Shown one piece after another: positions 8,761 to 18,809 of a stretch of DNA of 64,000 nucleotides. The position numbers were made by a program, and so were the translations under genes. Position 1 is the stretch's first letter. Each line of letters opens with the position of its first letter. The notes under the pieces were generated by a model. The model ran no database searches, was not told where the DNA came from, and saw nothing but the letters and a program-made list of their open reading frames with translations. Source of the DNA: Dehalococcoidia bacterium (lineage in GTDB: Bacteria > Chloroflexota > Dehalococcoidia > UBA2979); NCBI GenBank assembly GCA_028279505.1, contig JANQNP010000118.1, positions 6,610-70,609 of the forward strand, written 5' to 3'.

Positions 8761-9405
8761 ATGGCTGACCACGAACCGCTCGACGTGCTCGAGGCGATCC
8801 ACTCGACCCCGGCCCGTCGCTACCTGAAGTCCGACCCGATCCCGGACGACGTGCTCTGGACGATCCTCGATGCCGCGATCCGCGGACCGACTGGCGGCAA
8901 CACGCAGGGCTGGGGCTGGGTCGTCGTCACCGATCCCGAGGTCAAGGCGAAGATCCAGGCCTGGTACCTCGAGGGCTGGGGGGCCGCCTACGGCGTCCGC
9001 CGCGAAGAGATCCTGTCCTCGGAGGATGGCGCCGGCCTCGGCAAGCGCAATTTCCTCTCCGCCGACCACCTCGCGAACCACCTCCACGAGGCACCCGTCT
9101 GGATCATGCCGGTGCTTCAGAACGCCCGCGAGAGCCGGATGACCGGCTCCTCGATCTATGGCGCCGTCCAGAACCTGATGCTCGCCGCCCGCGCGCACGG
9201 CGTCGGTGCGACGCTCACCTCGCTCTATGCCGGGCACGAGGACGAGGTGCGCGAGCTACTCGGGTTACCCGAAGGCGCGAAGACGATGGGCCTGATCCCG
9301 CTCGGCTACCCGGCGCAGGGGCGCTGGGCGCAGCCGAAGCGCCGGCCCGTCGAGGAGGTCACGCACTGGGGCACCTGGGGCGAGCAGCGCGCTCGCGCCG
9401 GCTAG
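8761..9405 (+). CDS. nitroreductase-family protein
   Basis: Nitroreductase fold segments (ARRYLKSDPIPDDVL ... PTGGNTQGW). ATG at 8761 preceded by AGGAGA. Confidence 0.8.
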   Translation: MADHEPLDVLEAIHSTPARRYLKSDPIPDDVLWTILDAAIRGPTGGNTQGWGWVVVTDPEVKAKIQAWYLEGWGAAYGVRREEILSSEDGAGLGKRNFLSADHLANHLHEAPVWIMPVLQNARESRMTGSSIYGAVQNLMLAARAHGVGATLTSLYAGHEDEVRELLGLPEGAKTMGLIPLGYPAQGRWAQPKRRPVEEVTHWGTWGEQRARAG

Positions 9406-9438
9406 CCGGACACCGCTCGAGGACTGCGGATGGCGTCG

Positions 9439-9570
9439 CTAGTTGGCGTCGTCCGCCCACTCGAACTCGACAGACTCTTCGCCGCCGATCACGCCGGCAG
9501 CCTGCAGGGCCTTGTAGGCCACGGCGCCGATGATGGCGAGAGCCACGAGGCGCATCAAGATTCGACCCAT
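9439..9570 (-). CDS. small hydrophobic protein (43 aa; ORF-track translation MGRILMRLVALAIIGAVAYKALQAAGVIGGEESVEFEWADDAN)
   Basis: ATG at 9570 preceded by a strong GAGGAGG at optimal spacing. 37 of 43 codons end in G/C. One predicted transmembrane helix. Below the usual ORF length cut-off, so easily missed. Confidence 0.5.
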   Translation of the reverse strand: MGRILMRLVALAIIGAVAYKALQAAGVIGGEESVEFEWADDAN

Positions 9571-9660
9571 CGTGGTCCTCCTCGGATCCAGTGCGAGTGC
9601 CGCGGAGTCCCGCGGTGCCGACGCCCCACAGAGGATACGGCAGCAAGAAGGAGAGACAAC

Positions 9661-10569
9661 GTGACTGACACAGTCGGCTTCATCGGCCTCGGCATCATGG
9701 GCGCGCCCATGGTTCGCAACCTGCTCGGCGCCGGCTTCGAGGTCAGCGTCTGGAACCGCACCACCGCCCGATCCGAGGAGGCCGCCACCCACGGCGCCTC
9801 GATCGCCGAGTCGCCCGCGGACGTCGCCGCACGCAGCGACGTCGTCATCTCCTGCGTCACCGCCAGCGCCGACGTCGAGAACGTGCTGCTCGGCACCGAC
9901 GGCGTCCCCGGCGCCATCGAGGGCGTCCGACCCGGCAGCGTCGTGATCGACATGTCGACCATCTCCCCGGCCGTCACCCGCGACATCGCGGCCCGGCTCG
10001 CCGAGAAGGATGTCCAGCTCCTCGACGCCCCGATCTCCGGCGGTGAGCAGGGCGCGATCGACGGCACCCTCTCGATCATGGTCGGTGGCGACGCCGCCGC
10101 GCTCGAACGCGTTCGCCCTGTCCTCGAGGCGATGGGCTCCCGCATCACCCACTGCGGCCCGAGCGGCTCCGGCCAGACCGTGAAGCTCTGCAACCAGATC
10201 GCCGTCTGCATCAACAACTACGCCATGGCCGAGGCGCTCGTCTTCTGCCAGGCGAGCGGCGTCGACCCCTCGACGATGCTGGAAGCGATCAGCGCTGGCG
10301 CCGCCGGCTCCTGGCAGATCTCCAACCTCGGTTCCCGCATCGTCGAGCGCGACTTCGCGCCGGGGTTCAAGGTTGGCCTCCAGCAGAAGGATCTGCGACT
10401 CGCCCTCGAGGCCGCCGATCAGCTCCACCTGCCCCTCGCCGGCACCTCGATGGTCCACCAGCTCTTCGCCGCGGTGGAGCGCGAATCCGGCTCCGACGTT
10501 GGTACGCAGGCGCTGGTCAACGCCCTCGAAGCGTTGACCAGCGTGACCGTCGGCAGTGCCGATCAATAG
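9661..10569 (+). CDS. NAD(P)-dependent 3-hydroxyisobutyrate dehydrogenase / 2-hydroxy-3-oxopropionate reductase family oxidoreductase
   Basis: GTG at 9661 preceded by AAGGAG. N-terminal GFIGLGIMGAPM dinucleotide-binding motif and the family's C-terminal domain. Confidence 0.85.
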   Translation: MTDTVGFIGLGIMGAPMVRNLLGAGFEVSVWNRTTARSEEAATHGASIAESPADVAARSDVVISCVTASADVENVLLGTDGVPGAIEGVRPGSVVIDMSTISPAVTRDIAARLAEKDVQLLDAPISGGEQGAIDGTLSIMVGGDAAALERVRPVLEAMGSRITHCGPSGSGQTVKLCNQIAVCINNYAMAEALVFCQASGVDPSTMLEAISAGAAGSWQISNLGSRIVERDFAPGFKVGLQQKDLRLALEAADQLHLPLAGTSMVHQLFAAVERESGSDVGTQALVNALEALTSVTVGSADQ

Positions 10570-10722
10570 GGCTGTGATGCCCTTCGCAGACCGGCGATCG
10601 AAGGTCTGATCACCGTTCGTGTTATGTGGAACGGATGGGGATAACTGATTAGTTGCTTAGGCCAATGATGCTTTGTATCGTCGCAGTCACCGACGTGGGC
10701 CAGGGGTGGCCGGTTCAGGTGG

Positions 10723-11727
10723 ATGCTCGTGCGACGTCTGGCCCGCCATGCCTCCCTGCTCGCCGTACTGTCGTCGGCGCTGATCGCTAGCTCGACGGCG
10801 CCCCTGTCCGCCGCCACGCTCCAGCCGCTGCCACCGCCCGCTCCCGAGGTCCCACCCGCGCCGGTCGTGAGCGATCCACCCGCCGAGGAACCCGACCCGG
10901 TCACCCTCGCCGCCACCCGTGCGCTGCCGGCTCCCGAGGCCGCGCCGCCCCCGCTGCCGGCCAGCGCGCTCGAGACCCATCAGGTCGTCTCCTACTACGG
11001 CTACCCCTCGGTCGGCGTGATGGGCGAGTTGGGACTCCACGACGCCGTCGACGCAGCGGTCCGCATCAAGCAGCTCGCCGCCGAGTACGACGCGCTGAAC
11101 GGCTCGCGCGACACCGTCGGCGCCCTCCACCTGATCGTCGACGTCGCCCAGGCCAACCAGACCGACGACGGCCTCTACCTCGACAAGATGTCGAAGCAGC
11201 AGATCGCCGAGTACGTCGAGGTCGCTCGAGACTACGGCATCCTCCTCTTCCTCGACCTCCAGATCGGCTGGTCCGACCCCCTCGAGGACACGCGCCGCCT
11301 CGAGTGGTTCCTCCGCGAGCCCTTCGTCCACCTGGCCCTCGACCCGGAGTTTGCCACCGAGCGGTTCGGCTACGCGCCCGGCCTCGTCATCGGCGCGCTC
11401 GACGCCGACGAGGTCAACGCCGTGCAGGACTTCCTCGCCGACCTCGTCGTCGACGCCGGCATCCCCCCGAAGCTGCTCGTCCTCCACCAGTTCAAGCCCG
11501 GCATGCTGATCGAGCCTGAGCGCTTCGACGACGTGCCCGAAGTCGAGATCACCATCGACATGGACGGCTTCGGCGGCATGGGCGCGAAGATCAGCGGCTT
11601 CGAGCGCTACGCCCGCGCCGACTACGCCGAGCGGTCCGCGTTCAAGCTCTTCTACCACTGGGACCTGCCGGTGATGAGCATCGAGCAGGTCATCGACCTC
11701 GACGCCGACTACGTCATCTACCAGTAG
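10723..11727 (+). CDS. secreted hypothetical protein (signal peptide plus Pro/Ala-rich linker)
   Basis: N-terminal signal-like sequence MLVRRLARHASLLAVLSSALIASSTAPLSAA, a Pro-rich low-complexity stretch, then a globular domain. High GC3. AT-richer promoter-like region upstream (10600-10700). Confidence 0.6.
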   Translation: MLVRRLARHASLLAVLSSALIASSTAPLSAATLQPLPPPAPEVPPAPVVSDPPAEEPDPVTLAATRALPAPEAAPPPLPASALETHQVVSYYGYPSVGVMGELGLHDAVDAAVRIKQLAAEYDALNGSRDTVGALHLIVDVAQANQTDDGLYLDKMSKQQIAEYVEVARDYGILLFLDLQIGWSDPLEDTRRLEWFLREPFVHLALDPEFATERFGYAPGLVIGALDADEVNAVQDFLADLVVDAGIPPKLLVLHQFKPGMLIEPERFDDVPEVEITIDMDGFGGMGAKISGFERYARADYAERSAFKLFYHWDLPVMSIEQVIDLDADYVIYQ

Positions 11728-11806
11728 CGCGGCCGCGCCCATCCGGCGGTGACCGCCAAGCAGAGTTCGATCGTCACGACGCCTCGGAACGAACGCTGAA
11801 ACGAAC

Positions 11807-11832
11807 AGAGACGGCGCTCACGCGCCGCCTCT
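11807..11832. terminator. hairpin AGAGACGGCGC-tcac-GCGCCGCCTCT between convergent genes
   Basis: 11-bp stem with one mismatch, located between the secreted-protein stop (11727) and the ccr stop (11860). Confidence 0.45.
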
Positions 11833-11859
11833 GCGTTGTGGCCCAACTGCGGTCGAGGA

Positions 11860-13113
11860 CTAGACGTCGATGTCGATCTGACCCTCTTCGGTCGCGTTCA
11901 CGAGGATCGCCATGTTTCCGGGCGGGTGCGCGTTCTCGTACATGAGCTGGTGCGCGTCACCGACGCCGGAGAGCGGGAAGACCTGGGACAGAGCCGGGTC
12001 GACGTCGCCATCGATGATCATCTGGTTGAACTCTTCGCACTGCTCGGTGTTCGCGAAGTGCGAACCCTGCAGCCGCTTCTGGCGCATCCAGAGGTAGCGG
12101 AGGTCGACGTCGGCGTTGTAGCCGGTCGTGCCGGCGCAGACCACGACCATGCCGTTGTTGTCTGCCAGGAAGATCGACGTCGGGATCGTCGACTCGCCCG
12201 GGTGCTCGAAGACGATCTTCGGCGACTTCCGCTCTCCGAGGACCTCCCAGAACTTCGAGCCGAAGGCGCGGGCACCCTTCGCCCACTCGCCGAAGGCTGC
12301 GGCGTCATCGAGGTCCGGCAGCCGACCCCAGTGGTCGAAGTCACGGCGGTTGATCACGCCCTTGGCGCCGAGCTGCAGGCAGAACTCGTACTTGTCCTCA
12401 CTCGAGACGACGGCGATCGGGATCCCGCCGCGCGCCTTCACGATCTGGATCGCCATCGAGCCGAGGCCGCCACTGCCACCCCAGACCAGGACCGGGTCGC
12501 CCTCGTTCACGATGTGTGGCGGCCAGCCCATGAGCTGCCGGTACGCGGTCGCACCGACGAGCATGTACGCCGACGAGGCCTCCCATGAGAGCTGTGGCGG
12601 CTTCGTGAAGCACTGGTAGTGGTCCACGAGCGCGAACTGCGCGAACGAGCCCCAGTTCTCCTCGTAGCCCCAGATCTTGTTCGAGGAGGATGTCATCGGA
12701 TCGACGCCGGCCTTGATGTCCTCGGCGTCCTCGTCCCACATGCCGCAGGAGAGCACCACGCGGTCGCCGACCTTGACGTTCTCCACCTCATCGCCGGTCG
12801 CCCAGACGATCCCGGAGGCGTCTGAGCCGCCGATGTGGAACGGCTCCTCGGCGCCCTTCCGCTGGCGCGCGCCGATGACGTCGACTGGCTGCCCCAGGGC
12901 GGCCCAGACGTTGTTGTAGTTCACCCCCGCGGCCATCACCCACACGAGCACCTGGCGAGGACCAACCTCCGGCACGTCGATCTGCTCGATCTCGAACGCC
13001 TGGTTCGGCTCACCGAAGCGCTCCGGTCGGATCAACGAGGCGTGCATCTTCGGTGGCACATAGCCGAGCGGCGGCGTTTCGCCGAGGGCGTAGATCTCTT
13101 GCTCAGTGGTCAC
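11860..13113 (-). CDS. ccr: crotonyl-CoA carboxylase/reductase
   Basis: 417 aa. Recognisably similar to the CCR family across its full length (medium-chain dehydrogenase/reductase fold, [17 protein letters not shown]-binding site, CCR-specific N-terminal extension). Confidence 0.88.
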   Translation of the reverse strand: MTTEQEIYALGETPPLGYVPPKMHASLIRPERFGEPNQAFEIEQIDVPEVGPRQVLVWVMAAGVNYNNVWAALGQPVDVIGARQRKGAEEPFHIGGSDASGIVWATGDEVENVKVGDRVVLSCGMWDEDAEDIKAGVDPMTSSSNKIWGYEENWGSFAQFALVDHYQCFTKPPQLSWEASSAYMLVGATAYRQLMGWPPHIVNEGDPVLVWGGSGGLGSMAIQIVKARGGIPIAVVSSEDKYEFCLQLGAKGVINRRDFDHWGRLPDLDDAAAFGEWAKGARAFGSKFWEVLGERKSPKIVFEHPGESTIPTSIFLADNNGMVVVCAGTTGYNADVDLRYLWMRQKRLQGSHFANTEQCEEFNQMIIDGDVDPALSQVFPLSGVGDAHQLMYENAHPPGNMAILVNATEEGQIDIDV

Positions 13114-13243
13114 AGGGGGAGTCCTCTGCTCTAGCGGGGCCGAATGGCCACGGCCGCCGACTGATGGGCTGCGCGTATCCTAGCCGACCGCCAGCAGTAC
13201 GTTCGACGATCGATCGTTCGTCATTCTCATCGGTGCGGTCTCG

Positions 13244-13687
13244 ATGCCCGACCCAGCCATCCGCTCGACCGCGCTCGCCATCCTCCTCTGGCGCGATCAC
13301 CTGCTCGCCAACCGCTACCCGCACCCCGACGGCGCGTTCTATCGACCCCTCGGCGGCGGCATCCACTTCGGCGAACGCGCCATCGACGCGCTCCACCGCG
13401 AGATGCTCGAGGAGCTGGGCCGCCCCGTCGAGGTGGTCGAGCACATCGGCGTCGCCGAGAACATCTTCGAGCTCGACGGCGAGCCCGGTCACCAGCTCAT
13501 GTTCGAGTTCGTCGTCGCCTGGCCGGCCGGCCACGAGCCGGCAGACCTCTCCCCGATCGCGGGTTACGAGGACAATGGCGAACCGATCGACGCCCGCTGG
13601 CTCCCGCTCGACCGCGTCCTCGCCGGCGACTACACCCTCTACCCCGACGGCCTCACCGCCCGCCTCCGCGACTGGCTCGCCCGCTAG
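13244..13687 (+). CDS. NUDIX hydrolase
   Basis: Nudix box Gx5Ex7REuxEExGu present as GGGIHFGERAIDALHREMLEELG. Confidence 0.8.
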   Translation: MPDPAIRSTALAILLWRDHLLANRYPHPDGAFYRPLGGGIHFGERAIDALHREMLEELGRPVEVVEHIGVAENIFELDGEPGHQLMFEFVVAWPAGHEPADLSPIAGYEDNGEPIDARWLPLDRVLAGDYTLYPDGLTARLRDWLAR

Positions 13688-14526
13688 CCCAGCCGCGCGA
13701 TCAACCCTTCGAGGATCTGCGCGACCCCGTCGTCATCGTTCGCCGGCGCGCGCTGCGGTGTCGCCGCGATCACCTCGGGAGCCGCGTTTGCCATCGCGAA
13801 GCTGAATCCGCACGCCTCGAGGAGTTCGATGTCGCTGTAGTCGTCGCCGAACGCAACCGTCGTGCCCCACTCCGCCTCGTCGTCGAGCAACCGCCCGACG
13901 CCGCTCCGCTTGCCGACGCCCGGCGCGACCACCGAGAGGAACGACCCGATCCGGTGCTGCAGCAGCCGCACTTCGTCGCCGAACTCCGCGGCCAGCAGCT
14001 CGGCGAGCCCATCGACCGAGGCGTGGATCCCGTTGATCGCGACCTTCACCGGCCCGCGCTCGATCGCCGCGTCGACCGGCAGCACCATCTCTGGCGTCGC
14101 GCTGTTGTAGCGCCACAGCTCCTCGGCGGTACCCGGCCGGTCGGAGCCGAACTCCCAGCCCTCCAGCTCCACGATCACCCGCGCTTCCGGCAGTGCGTGC
14201 GCCGCGAGGTCCGCGATCGTCCGCGCCGCCCCCTCCGGGAGCGGTCGTTGATGCCGAGGGTGCTCGTCGCCCAGCCGGTCCACGACCGCGCCGTCCACGT
14301 GCACGAGATCGACCGCCTCGAGGATCCGCGCGTCGATCAGCTGCGCCACGGCGCGCGCCGGCCGCGCCGTCGCGACCGCCACCCGCACGTCCCGGTCCAG
14401 CAATCCGAGGACGGCCTCGCGACTCCGCGCGCTGAGGACGCCGTCGGAGTCGAGCAGCGTCCCATCGAGGTCGATCGCCACGATCGAGGGCCGATCGGGT
14501 AGCTGTGGACGATCAGCAGACGACAC
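13684..14526 (-). CDS. HAD-superfamily hydrolase, Cof-like (subfamily IIB)
   Basis: DxD motif IDLDGTLLD near the N-terminus and GDDYSDIE motif IV. Overlaps the NUDIX stop by 4 nt. Confidence 0.75.
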   Translation of the reverse strand: MSSADRPQLPDRPSIVAIDLDGTLLDSDGVLSARSREAVLGLLDRDVRVAVATARPARAVAQLIDARILEAVDLVHVDGAVVDRLGDEHPRHQRPLPEGAARTIADLAAHALPEARVIVELEGWEFGSDRPGTAEELWRYNSATPEMVLPVDAAIERGPVKVAINGIHASVDGLAELLAAEFGDEVRLLQHRIGSFLSVVAPGVGKRSGVGRLLDDEAEWGTTVAFGDDYSDIELLEACGFSFAMANAAPEVIAATPQRAPANDDDGVAQILEGLIARLG

Positions 14527-14550
14527 GTGCCACCTGGCGTTCGTGTCGGC

Positions 14551-16881
14551 TCAGTCTGGATCGAGCGCCCGGATCGCGTCGAGGACGCGCGCCTCGAGCC
14601 GTTCGATCTCGTCGCGATCCTCGATCCGCCGGCCGTTCTCGCGGCGCACGTAGAACGCGTCGAACACCTCGGGACCCAGCGTGTCCATCTTCGCGAGGTG
14701 GATGTCGATCCCTAGCTCCGCGAGCGCGCGCGTCACCGCGTGCAGCAGGCCCGGTCGATCCTGCGCCGTCACCTCGAGCACTGAGTAGGCGTCGGAGGCC
14801 GCATTCTCCACGTGCGCGGTCGGGGCGACTGTCGCTGCCGGCGACGGGTAGCTGCGCCGCATCTGGGCGATCCGCTCCTCCAGCGGGTATGACCCGTCGA
14901 GGACCTCCGGGATCGCGTCGAGGATCCGCGACCACCGCCGGTCGTCGATCCCGTGCCCGAGCGCGTCGCCGACGTGCCACACCTCGATCGCTAGCCCGTC
15001 GTCGCGGGTGTACGCGACGCCACCGAGGACGTTCGCCTGGTGGGCCGCCAGCGTCCCGGCCAGCGCCTGCAGCAGCCCCGGTCGGTCGTGGCAGACGATC
15101 GTCAGCCGGTCCATCCCGTCGAGCTGGTCGCGGCGCACGCCGAGCCCTTTCGCGATTGCCTCCTCGACCAGCTCCATGTGATCGCCAACGGTCTCCGGCG
15201 GCGTGCTGAGCAGGTACCCCGGCTCCAGCCGTGCGAGGTGTGCCGCCACCTCCTCGGCGGAGAAGCGCTCTGCGAGCGCCGCCTGCGCCCGCTCGAGGCT
15301 CCGCGCCGCTCCCAGCGGCGCGGCGCTGACCTCGACCAGCACCGCGAGCACCCGCTCGTACAGCGACCGCAGGAGCTGCGCCTTCCAGGCGCTCCAGACG
15401 TCTGGCCCCGTCGCCCGCGAGTCGGCGATCGCGACGAGGTACAGCAGGTGCAGCACCCGAGGCGTGCCGACCGCCTCCGCCACCTCGCTGATTACGCGCG
15501 GGTCGGCGATGTCGCGGCGGGTGGCGACGGCCGGCAGCAGCAGATGGTGCTGCACGACGCTGACCAGCCGCTGCGTCGTCGCGGCGTCTAGCCCGGCGCG
15601 TGCGCAGAACCGCTCCGCGATCACCGCGCCCGCCGTTGAGTGCTCCTCCTCGCGCCCCTTCCCCACGTCGTGGAGGAACGCCGCGAGCAGCAGCTCGTCG
15701 CGGTCGCCGATCGCCGCGGCGACGTCGACGCTGCCGGAACCGTCCTCGTCGTGCTCCGCGATGTAACCCGCCTCCGCCACCGTGCGCAGCAGGTGCGTGT
15801 CGACTGGGTGGACGTGGAACGGCGCGATGTGCCGCCGCGCCCGGATCGCCGCCCACTCGGGCAGCAGCCGCTCGAGCCACGGTGCGCGGAGCAGCGGGTC
15901 CAGCTCGATCGTCACGGCCTCGTCCGCCGCCCGCCGCAGTGCGCGCCGTAACGCCTCGAGGTCCGTTGGCTCCTCCGCAGGCTCGGTCGCGGCGGCTGCC
16001 GCCGACCGGTGCCAGAGCTGCCACCAACGCCGCCCACCCGGCCGCGCCGCCAGTGCATCGCTGGCCGCGCGATCGATCGCACGCATCGCCTCGTAGAGCG
16101 CCCGCGCGCAGTCGAGCGTCTCCTCGCCGAGCCACGCCGCGACGCGCGGCGCGAGGTCGTCGCGGAACGTATCGGTCGGCCGCTCGGCGAGCGCGTGGAT
16201 CGCCTGACGGGTCGAGAGCAGTCGCTCCCGTGCCACCTCGAGCTCCTCGCTCAGCGTCGCGCCGCTCGCGCCATCGACCCGCTGCTCGGCGCGCGCCAGC
16301 CAGTGCACGAGCTGGAGCTGTCGCAGCCCGCCGCGGCCGCCCTTCACGTCGGTCGCCTGCAGCTGCCACGGCTCGGCGCGCTGCAGCGCGTCCTGCTGCT
16401 CGCGCAACCCACCGAGGAGCTGCCGCCGTCGCGACCGGGCGAGCCGCGCCAGCGCCACCTCGAGCTGGCCGAACAGCTCCTCGGAGCCGGCGATGAACCG
16501 CGCGTCCAGCAGCGCGGTAAACGTCTCGATGTGGTCGACCGCCGTCGGGATCTCGTCGACCCGGCGAACCGAGTGCCCCACCTTCAGGCTCGCGTCCCAG
16601 AGCGGGTAGAGGAGCTGCGTCGCCGCCGCCTCGTCGCCCCCGCGCGGGACGAGCAGCATCAGGTCGATGTCGGAGTGTCGCGATTGCTCCCGGCGGCCGT
16701 AGCCGCCGACCGCCACCACCGCGAAGTCTCCGGCCGTCTCGCGTGCCAGCTCGCGCAGCGCGGCGTCCAGCACGTCCGAGGTCTGCTGACACCGAACGAG
16801 CCCCGCCTCGCCGACGGGGCTCGGATCGGTCAGCGCGAGCCGCTCGAGGAACGGCGCGAGCGCCGGATGGGAGGTCGCCAT
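14551..16881 (-). CDS. glnD: [protein-PII] uridylyltransferase / uridylyl-removing enzyme
   Basis: Nucleotidyltransferase motif GGYGRREQSRHSDIDLMLL, HD domain (HDVGKG), and two C-terminal ACT-like domains. Start set at the ATG at 16881 (MATSHPALAPF). An alternative-frame 759-aa ORF on the same strand was rejected. Confidence 0.88.
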   Translation of the reverse strand: MATSHPALAPFLERLALTDPSPVGEAGLVRCQQTSDVLDAALRELARETAGDFAVVAVGGYGRREQSRHSDIDLMLLVPRGGDEAAATQLLYPLWDASLKVGHSVRRVDEIPTAVDHIETFTALLDARFIAGSEELFGQLEVALARLARSRRRQLLGGLREQQDALQRAEPWQLQATDVKGGRGGLRQLQLVHWLARAEQRVDGASGATLSEELEVARERLLSTRQAIHALAERPTDTFRDDLAPRVAAWLGEETLDCARALYEAMRAIDRAASDALAARPGGRRWWQLWHRSAAAAATEPAEEPTDLEALRRALRRAADEAVTIELDPLLRAPWLERLLPEWAAIRARRHIAPFHVHPVDTHLLRTVAEAGYIAEHDEDGSGSVDVAAAIGDRDELLLAAFLHDVGKGREEEHSTAGAVIAERFCARAGLDAATTQRLVSVVQHHLLLPAVATRRDIADPRVISEVAEAVGTPRVLHLLYLVAIADSRATGPDVWSAWKAQLLRSLYERVLAVLVEVSAAPLGAARSLERAQAALAERFSAEEVAAHLARLEPGYLLSTPPETVGDHMELVEEAIAKGLGVRRDQLDGMDRLTIVCHDRPGLLQALAGTLAAHQANVLGGVAYTRDDGLAIEVWHVGDALGHGIDDRRWSRILDAIPEVLDGSYPLEERIAQMRRSYPSPAATVAPTAHVENAASDAYSVLEVTAQDRPGLLHAVTRALAELGIDIHLAKMDTLGPEVFDAFYVRRENGRRIEDRDEIERLEARVLDAIRALDPD

Positions 16882-16915
16882 CGACGCTCGCGCTCCTCGT
16901 TGCTCGTATCCGCCG

Positions 16916-17275
<360 letters not shown>

Positions 17276-18508
17276 CTAGTCCGCGAGGACGTAGCCCTGC
17301 TCCTCGTGGAGCGCGAGGTCGAGCCCCTGCCGCTCCTCGTCCTCGCTGACCCGCAGGCCGATCGTCGCGTCGATGATCCGCGCCAGCCCGTACGAGAGCA
17401 CGAACGACCACACGATGGCGATCACGATCGAGAGGAACTGGTTCCAGACCAGCTGCGGCTCGCCGAAGAACAGCCCGTCCCCGAGCCCGCCGATCCGGTC
17501 CTCTGCGAGGAACCCGAGCAGCAGCGCCCCGATGATCCCGCCCACCAGGTGGACGGCGACTACGTCGAGCGAGTCGTCGAAGTTGAACCGGAACTTGAGC
17601 TGCAGCGCGTAGAAGCAGATCGACCCGGCCGCGATGCCGATCACCACCGCCGAGAGCGGCGAGACGAATCCGGCCGCCGGCGTGATCGCCACCAGTCCGG
17701 CGACCGCACCCGAGGCGAACCCGAGCGTCGTCGGCTTCCCGTGGCGCATCCCCTCGACGATCGTCCACGTCGTCGCGCCGACCGCTGCGGCGACGTGCGT
17801 CGTCACGAACGCGTTCGCGGCCGCGCCATCGGCGGCCAGCGCCGAGCCGGCGTTGAAGCCGAACCAGCCGAACCAGAGGATGCCCGCGCCGAGCACCGTC
17901 AGTGGCAACGAGTGCGGGCGGATCGCGTCACGCCGCCAGCCGAGGCGCGGTCCCAGCACCATGATCAGCGCTAGCGCCGCCACACCCGCGTTGATGTGGA
18001 CCACCAGGCCGCCCGCGAAGTCGAGCGCGCCGACCTCCTCGGCGATGAAGCCGCCGCCCCAGACCCAGTGGGCCATCGGCGCGTAGACGACGATCGACCA
18101 GACGGCGATGAACACCACCCACGCGGTGAACTTCATCCGCTCCGCGACCGCGCCGGCGATCAGCGCCGGCGTGATGATCGCGAACATCATCTGGAACGCC
18201 ACGAACAGCATGTCCGGGTAATCGGCGCCGAAGATCTCGTTGCCGAGACCCACGTCGCGCACGCCCCACAGGTCGAGGTTCCCGACCACGCTCCAGTCGC
18301 CGATCGTCGAGTTCCCCCCGAACGCCAGCGTGAACCCCACCGCGATCCAGGTGATCGTCACGATCCCCATCGCGATGTAGTTCTTCATCAACATCGCCAG
18401 CACGTTCTTGCCTCGGACCATGCCGCCGTAGAACAGCGCCAGCCCCGGGGTCATGAACAGCACGAGCGCCGAGCTGGTGAGCAACCAGGCGGTCGTTCCT
18501 GAGTCCAT
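17276..18508 (-). CDS. amt: ammonium transporter (Amt family)
   Basis: 411 aa from the ATG at 18508, preceded by GGGAGGAAGG. Amt signatures: MDSGTTAWLLTSSALVLFMTPGLALFYGG, twin-His region. Confidence 0.93.
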   Translation of the reverse strand: MDSGTTAWLLTSSALVLFMTPGLALFYGGMVRGKNVLAMLMKNYIAMGIVTITWIAVGFTLAFGGNSTIGDWSVVGNLDLWGVRDVGLGNEIFGADYPDMLFVAFQMMFAIITPALIAGAVAERMKFTAWVVFIAVWSIVVYAPMAHWVWGGGFIAEEVGALDFAGGLVVHINAGVAALALIMVLGPRLGWRRDAIRPHSLPLTVLGAGILWFGWFGFNAGSALAADGAAANAFVTTHVAAAVGATTWTIVEGMRHGKPTTLGFASGAVAGLVAITPAAGFVSPLSAVVIGIAAGSICFYALQLKFRFNFDDSLDVVAVHLVGGIIGALLLGFLAEDRIGGLGDGLFFGEPQLVWNQFLSIVIAIVWSFVLSYGLARIIDATIGLRVSEDEERQGLDLALHEEQGYVLAD

Positions 18509-18599
18509 GTCGCCTTCCTCCCTCGCCGCGCATGGCTGCCGAAGATCGGCCGCGCGACGCTGCACACCCCGGACGGTCACCGAGATGTTGCAAATCAAT

Positions 18600-18640
18600 C
18601 ACTCGCCGATTTCCGATACGTGTCGTGATTGTTTCCGGCA
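18600..18640 (-). promoter_or_regulatory. candidate nitrogen-regulator (GlnR-type) operator upstream of amt
   Basis: Reading in the amt direction there are two GGAAA(C/T) repeats exactly 22 bp apart (plus-strand ATTTCC at 18609-18614 and GTTTCC at 18631-18636) with TCAC-type half-sites between them. The segment is AT-richer and lies about 100-130 bp upstream of the amt start. Confidence 0.3.
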
Positions 18641-18809
18641 TGTGTCCGAGCGGAGACCGGTTATCCAACCGACCGAGGTTCGTCCCCCGCGCCTCGCTCC
18701 GCGCCGATCGGCCCGCTACACTCCGGCGAGCGGCCACCTCCCCGGTCGCCGGGATGCCACCATCACCACACTCCAACCCACCGAGGCCAAGCCCCTGCCC
18801 GCAGAGTCT

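Noticed and set aside
14513-16792. 759-aa ORF on the minus strand in an alternative frame across the glnD region
   Set aside because: Its translation is Arg/Gly/Ala-rich low-complexity sequence with no motifs, the usual artefact of high-GC DNA. The overlapping frame (14551-16881) gives a full-length, motif-complete GlnD.
18453-18809. Upstream 119-codon extension of the Dam methyltransferase ORF, including ATG candidates at 18453 and 18585
   Set aside because: It would overlap the amt start and run through the AT-rich divergent promoter region. Dam homology begins about 25 codons before PFLKWAGGK, so a later start (GTG 18810) is more plausible, though unproven.
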